From assembly GCA_963848135.1 (NCBI GenBank), contig CAWKCK010000004.1, positions 1 to 64,000 on the forward strand: a stretch of DNA of 64,000 nt, given 5' to 3'. This document shows positions 60,288 through 64,000 of this stretch, piece by piece (the stretch's first letter is position 1; each line of letters begins with the position of its first letter). The notes below the pieces were generated by a model. It was not told the DNA's origin, made no database searches, and saw only the letters and a list, made by a program, of their open reading frames with translations. The stretch is from an uncultured delta proteobacterium. Lineage in GTDB: Bacteria > Desulfobacterota > Desulfobacteria > Desulfobacterales > SG8-13. A program made the translations under genes and the position numbers.

Positions 60288-60767
60288 ATGCCAAGACGCG
60301 TGCTCGTAACAGAACCAAAGAATTGCAATGGTTGCCGCCTCTGCCGTCTGGTATGCTCCATGGTGAAATCAGGGGCGCGTAATCCGGCCCGGGCCCGCAT
60401 CCGGATTTTACAGCTGGAAAGCGAGGAAAAATATCTGCCGGTTATCTGCCAGCATTGCCAGGATGCGCCCTGTATGGCGGTCTGTCCCCGGGAAGCGATC
60501 TACCGTGACAGTGAACTTGATCGTGTCATGGTCGACTACGAGCGGTGCATCAGCTGTCGGATGTGCAGTGCGGCCTGCCCGTTCGGGGCGATCGGTTTCG
60601 ATGCGGAACGCCAAAAAGTGTTCAAGTGTGACCTTTGCGGCGGTAAGCCGCTGTGTGTGGATTATTGCTTTTCCCGTGCCCTGGATTTCCGTGAAGACTA
60701 CCTGATGCCGAGTCAGCGGCTCAGAAAATCGGCTGCGCGAGCAGCTCTTGGAAAATCGGCCCGATAA
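60288..60767 (+). CDS. 4x[4Fe-4S] dicluster protein (paralogue of 56524-57018)
   Basis: CNGCRLCRLVC, CQHCQDAPCMAVCP, CISCRMCSAACP, KCDLC. Confidence 0.88.
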   Translation: MPRRVLVTEPKNCNGCRLCRLVCSMVKSGARNPARARIRILQLESEEKYLPVICQHCQDAPCMAVCPREAIYRDSELDRVMVDYERCISCRMCSAACPFGAIGFDAERQKVFKCDLCGGKPLCVDYCFSRALDFREDYLMPSQRLRKSAARAALGKSAR

Positions 60768-60790
60768 CAGCAACGGAGCGGAGGGAGTCT

Positions 60791-61189
60791 ATGGCGTACT
60801 TTCGCGTAAACGATAAATGTAACGGCTGCTTGTCTTGCGTCCAGAACTGCCCGGCCACTGCTCTGGGCTACGAAGACCGGGATCAACAAAGGACGCTGCG
60901 GCACAACATGGCACTGTGTGCCCGCTGTGGGCAGTGCTGGCGTGTTTGTCCTCAAGAAGCCATCGAATTTCAGCATTTTCTGCAAGCTCCCTGGGAGGAC
61001 GTTACCACACTCGATCTTGTTCGCTGCAACGTTTGCGGCGAACCGCTTTACACCGTGGAGTTCAAAAAAACAGTTGCCGATGGGGGCGGGGATGCGATTG
61101 AACCATTTTGTCCCCGACACAGACAGGAAGTAAACCAATTGGCCAAGGCCCATTTTTATCCCGGCCGATCGAATGACGAGAGGTTTTAA
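60791..61189 (+). CDS. 2x[4Fe-4S] ferredoxin with extra CxxC...CxxH motif
   Basis: CNGCLSCVQNCP, CARCGQCWRVCP, CNVC...FCPRH. Confidence 0.85.
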   Translation: MAYFRVNDKCNGCLSCVQNCPATALGYEDRDQQRTLRHNMALCARCGQCWRVCPQEAIEFQHFLQAPWEDVTTLDLVRCNVCGEPLYTVEFKKTVADGGGDAIEPFCPRHRQEVNQLAKAHFYPGRSNDERF

Positions 61190-61190
61190 A

Positions 61191-61880
61191 ATGATCGTTG
61201 GGGACAACAAACCGTTGGAAGAAATCGCGACCAGTCTGTCTGGATACAGAAAGGTAATGGTTCTTGGTTGTGGGAGCTGCGTGACGGTCTGTCTTTCCGG
61301 GGGTGATCGCGAAGCCCGTCAGTTGGCGCTCGAGTTGACCCGGAGTACCCTTTTTGGCGGATCGCCACCGATTTTTGAAACGGGCACGATTGTCAGGCAA
61401 TGCGAGCGGGACTTGGTTGCCGTCCACCAAAAACTGCCGGCCGGTACAGATGCGATTTTGTCTTTGGCCTGCGGCTGCGGCGTGCAGACAGTTGGCGATG
61501 TATTCGAACCGTTGCCGGTTATACCGGCGTTGAACACAACTTTTTTCGGGGCGTCAAACGATGTGGGCATTTGGCAGGAAGTGTGTCAGGGCTGCGGAGA
61601 CTGTGTCCTCTCACATACCGGTGGCATTTGTCCGGTGGCCCGTTGCGCCAAGAGTCTGTTCAACGGGCCGTGCGGAGGGTCCCAAAATGGAAGCTGCGAG
61701 ATTTACGCCGATGTCCCCTGTGCCTGGGCATTGATTTACTATCGCTTGAAAAAACAAAACAAACTTCATTTGCTTCACACCGTCCGTCAGCCCCGTGACT
61801 GGCGGCCGGCCGGCGGTGCTGGGCCGCGTGTCCGCCGCCGGACCGGCGTTGGCAGCGGGGCCGGGGATAACAGAATGTAA
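61191..61880 (+). CDS. Methylenetetrahydrofolate reductase small-subunit-like protein (MetV / MTHFR_C domain)
   Basis: GCGSCVTVC..GG, RQCE, ACGCGVQ, CQGCGDC, GGICPVARCAKSLFNGPCGG, CAW. Confidence 0.85.
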   Translation: MIVGDNKPLEEIATSLSGYRKVMVLGCGSCVTVCLSGGDREARQLALELTRSTLFGGSPPIFETGTIVRQCERDLVAVHQKLPAGTDAILSLACGCGVQTVGDVFEPLPVIPALNTTFFGASNDVGIWQEVCQGCGDCVLSHTGGICPVARCAKSLFNGPCGGSQNGSCEIYADVPCAWALIYYRLKKQNKLHLLHTVRQPRDWRPAGGAGPRVRRRTGVGSGAGDNRM

Positions 61881-62299
61881 CTTGAATCTTGCAGAAAATA
61901 GCACATCTCGGGACCGGGAATTGATCAATGCTCCTTATAAAAGGCTTGAATAGATACGATTCAGGAGAGGTTGCCATCCAGCGTTTCATGCTTAATATTC
62001 TTTAAATTTAGAATCCAATTCAGTTAATACCCATCGGTAAATCCCCAAACTTTTTGGAGTGACTCCCAGAGCCCGCCAGTTACAGGAGTTACTTTTCAGG
62101 CTGTTAAGAACGTCATGAACGCCGGCAAAACAAGGCAAAATCCTACAAAAAAGCAAAGTTTATGTGCAATAAATGAGCATATTGACGAAGATTTTAACGC
62201 CGTATTGTCGAGCGTAATAGTTTGTCAACTTTGAACGGATTACAATCAATTCCTCCGGCTTTTCGGGGGGTGAAGGGGATACTCGAGCGAGGAAGAGAT

Positions 62300-63358
62300 A
62301 TGAAGAGAGACCTGATAACACGGTTGGACGAGGATGGTATTGTCTGCGCTGAAGGCTACCTGTTCGAAATGGAACGTAGAGGCTATCTGACTGCCGGAGA
62401 ATTCGTTCCCGAAGTTGCTCTGGAGCATCCCGAAGCTCTCAAAGCGTTGCACAAAGATTTTCAGCATGCCGGTTCGGACGTGATCCAGGCCTTCACCTAC
62501 AATGCCCACCGGGAAAAGATGCGGATTATCGACAAAGAGTACTTGCTGGAGCCCTTAAACCGGGCGGCATTGAAAATTGCCAGAGAAGTTGCCGGTGAGG
62601 TCGATGAAGGGCAGGAGCCAAGCCTGGTCGCTGGAAACATTTCCAACTCCAATATTTGGAACCCCGTAGATAAAAATAGCCATAATCAGGTCCGTGAAAT
62701 GTTCGAAGAAATGGTCAACTGGTCGGCTGAGGAGGCGGTTGATTTCATTATCGGCGAAACATTCTACTTTGCGGAAGAGGCTTTCTGTGCTCTGGATATC
62801 ATCAAAAAGACCGGCTTGCCGGCAGTAATCACTATTGCTCCGATGGGCGAGAATATCATGCGGGACAACTGGAAAATTGCCGATACGTGTAAGGAATTGG
62901 AGCAGAGGGGCGCTGACGTGGTCGGGATGAACTGTTTTCGGGGTCCGGTAACCATGGTGCCTTACTTAAAAGATATCCGCGATGCGGTCAGATGCCATGT
63001 GGCGGCGCTGCCGGTTCCCTACCGGACGACGCCTGAGCAGCCGACCTTTTTCAACCTCGACGACAACAAGGGTTGCAGAGTTCATTCACCCCATAATAGA
63101 AATTTTCCAACCGCCCTTGATCCGCTCTACTGCAATCGATATGAAATCCGTGATTTTGCCGAGGAAGCCTGGAAGATGAGCATACGTTATATTGGTGTAT
63201 GTTGCGGTGCGGCTCCGATGCACATCCGTGAAGTTGCCGAGGCGATGGGTCGTAAACCCAAAGCGAGCCGGTACTCGGAAAACATGCAGAAACATTTCAT
63301 GTACGGCAGTGATTCGCGACTTCCCGAGCACATTACCGCGTATGGCAGAAAGGCTTAA
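62300..63358 (+). CDS. Homocysteine S-methyltransferase family (BHMT-like)
   Basis: AEGYLFEMERRGY, AGSDVIQAFTY, IGETF, GMNC, GVCCG Zn ligands. Confidence 0.88.
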   Translation: MKRDLITRLDEDGIVCAEGYLFEMERRGYLTAGEFVPEVALEHPEALKALHKDFQHAGSDVIQAFTYNAHREKMRIIDKEYLLEPLNRAALKIAREVAGEVDEGQEPSLVAGNISNSNIWNPVDKNSHNQVREMFEEMVNWSAEEAVDFIIGETFYFAEEAFCALDIIKKTGLPAVITIAPMGENIMRDNWKIADTCKELEQRGADVVGMNCFRGPVTMVPYLKDIRDAVRCHVAALPVPYRTTPEQPTFFNLDDNKGCRVHSPHNRNFPTALDPLYCNRYEIRDFAEEAWKMSIRYIGVCCGAAPMHIREVAEAMGRKPKASRYSENMQKHFMYGSDSRLPEHITAYGRKA

Positions 63359-63463
63359 CCGTTTGTTCGGAAGAGTAAATAAAAAATACTGTCAATATGT
63401 GACACTTTAATTCGTTGGTGGCGTAATTTGATGAGGTGATTTTGTGAAATGAACTGCCAATTA

Positions 63464-63483
63464 TTGTGAAAAGTATTTCACAA
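63464..63483. promoter_or_regulatory. Palindromic regulator site, arms identical to 21344-21363
   Basis: TTGTGAAA-agta-TTTCACAA upstream of the phosphoesterase gene. Confidence 0.6.
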
Positions 63484-63757
63484 TTTAAACTCAATCATTT
63501 TTTGTAGATATGATTGATTCTGGAGGCAATCAAGAGTACAATACCAAAAACACGTTAGCTCGGCTCTGACGGCATATCCCTTAACTAACAATTATTACAC
63601 AGTATTTTATGAATCGTTCAATACATCGCCTCATAAAGATGCCGGCCTTGGCAACGTTTAATGGGGTCACAGGGGTGAGTTGGCACGAAAAAAGAATGAA
63701 ATAGTCTATTTGGGAACGGATCATGGCATTGAACCCAAGCTACCAAACCTTGAAAAA

Positions 63758-64000
63758 ATGATAAGAAAAACACGCAAATCATCTACCAATACATTCCCCC
63801 GAGCATGTTTTTTCGGCTTGGTGGTGTTGGTGTTCATCGCAGCGACAATATCAAGCCTTTGCGTTCCTATCCCCGCTCAGGCAGCTGATGACTTTACGAT
63901 TGTCGTGTTGCCAGACACCCAATACTATTCCTGGACGTATCCGGATATCTTTTTAAATCAAACCCAATGGATTGCCGGTAATCGGGGGCTCAAGAATATC
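63758..64000 (+). CDS. Secreted calcineurin-like metallophosphoesterase (partial, runs off the window)
   Basis: Hand translation gives a signal peptide ending AQA, then DDFTIVVLPDTQYY...QTQWI. Confidence 0.7.
   Translation, partial: MIRKTRKSSTNTFPRACFFGLVVLVFIAATISSLCVPIPAQAADDFTIVVLPDTQYYSWTYPDIFLNQTQWIAGNRGLKNI

Noticed and set aside
61880..62300. SAM riboswitch upstream of the homocysteine methyltransferase
   Set aside because: No recognisable SAM-I core by eye; an Rfam scan would be needed.
63682..63697. sigma54 promoter for the phosphoesterase (TGGCACG...)
   Set aside because: The -24 box matches but the -12 position reads AAGAA instead of TTGC.

Overview
A 64-kb chromosomal segment from an anaerobic bacterium, probably Desulfobacterota (deltaproteobacterial). 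This is inferred from selB, the aldehyde:ferredoxin oxidoreductase (AOR), the GlpAB/SdhB-like genes and the large NAD-GDH. Left to right it holds: clpA (several frameshifts)-aat-hinT-hemW; selB; tRNA-His and tRNA-Arg(TCG); a DUF1538x2-PII-large NAD-glutamate dehydrogenase run; a stand-alone lpxA paralogue; gabD; an AT-rich island (~15.9-21.7 kb) with a lasso-peptide-type RiPP operon; a glycerol regulon (glpA-glpB-glpK-Fe-ADH-short glpA-sdhB-like, glpR, GlpSTPQUV-type ABC importer); an organic-acid uptake/CoA-ligase/acyl-CoA dehydrogenase operon; an atypical radical SAM gene with moaD; an AOR operon with IclR, ferredoxins and an orphan MetV-like gene; a homocysteine S-methyltransferase; and the start of a secreted metallophosphoesterase. 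The RiPP island is the most notable part. It contains a 52-aa precursor missing from the ORF track (20094-20252, minus strand) with a canonical YxxPxLxxxGxxxxxT leader and a C-terminal Ser. It also has B1, B2, kinase, ABC exporter and nucleotidyltransferase genes, but no lasso cyclase in the window. The precursor gene is enclosed by a 29-bp inverted repeat whose single mismatch is a G-U pair on the mRNA. A sigma54-type promoter lies upstream, with a palindrome that recurs 42 kb away. The single-base frameshifts (clpA, ABC exporter, glpV) look like long-read sequencing errors. All product calls come from motif recognition, not database searches.
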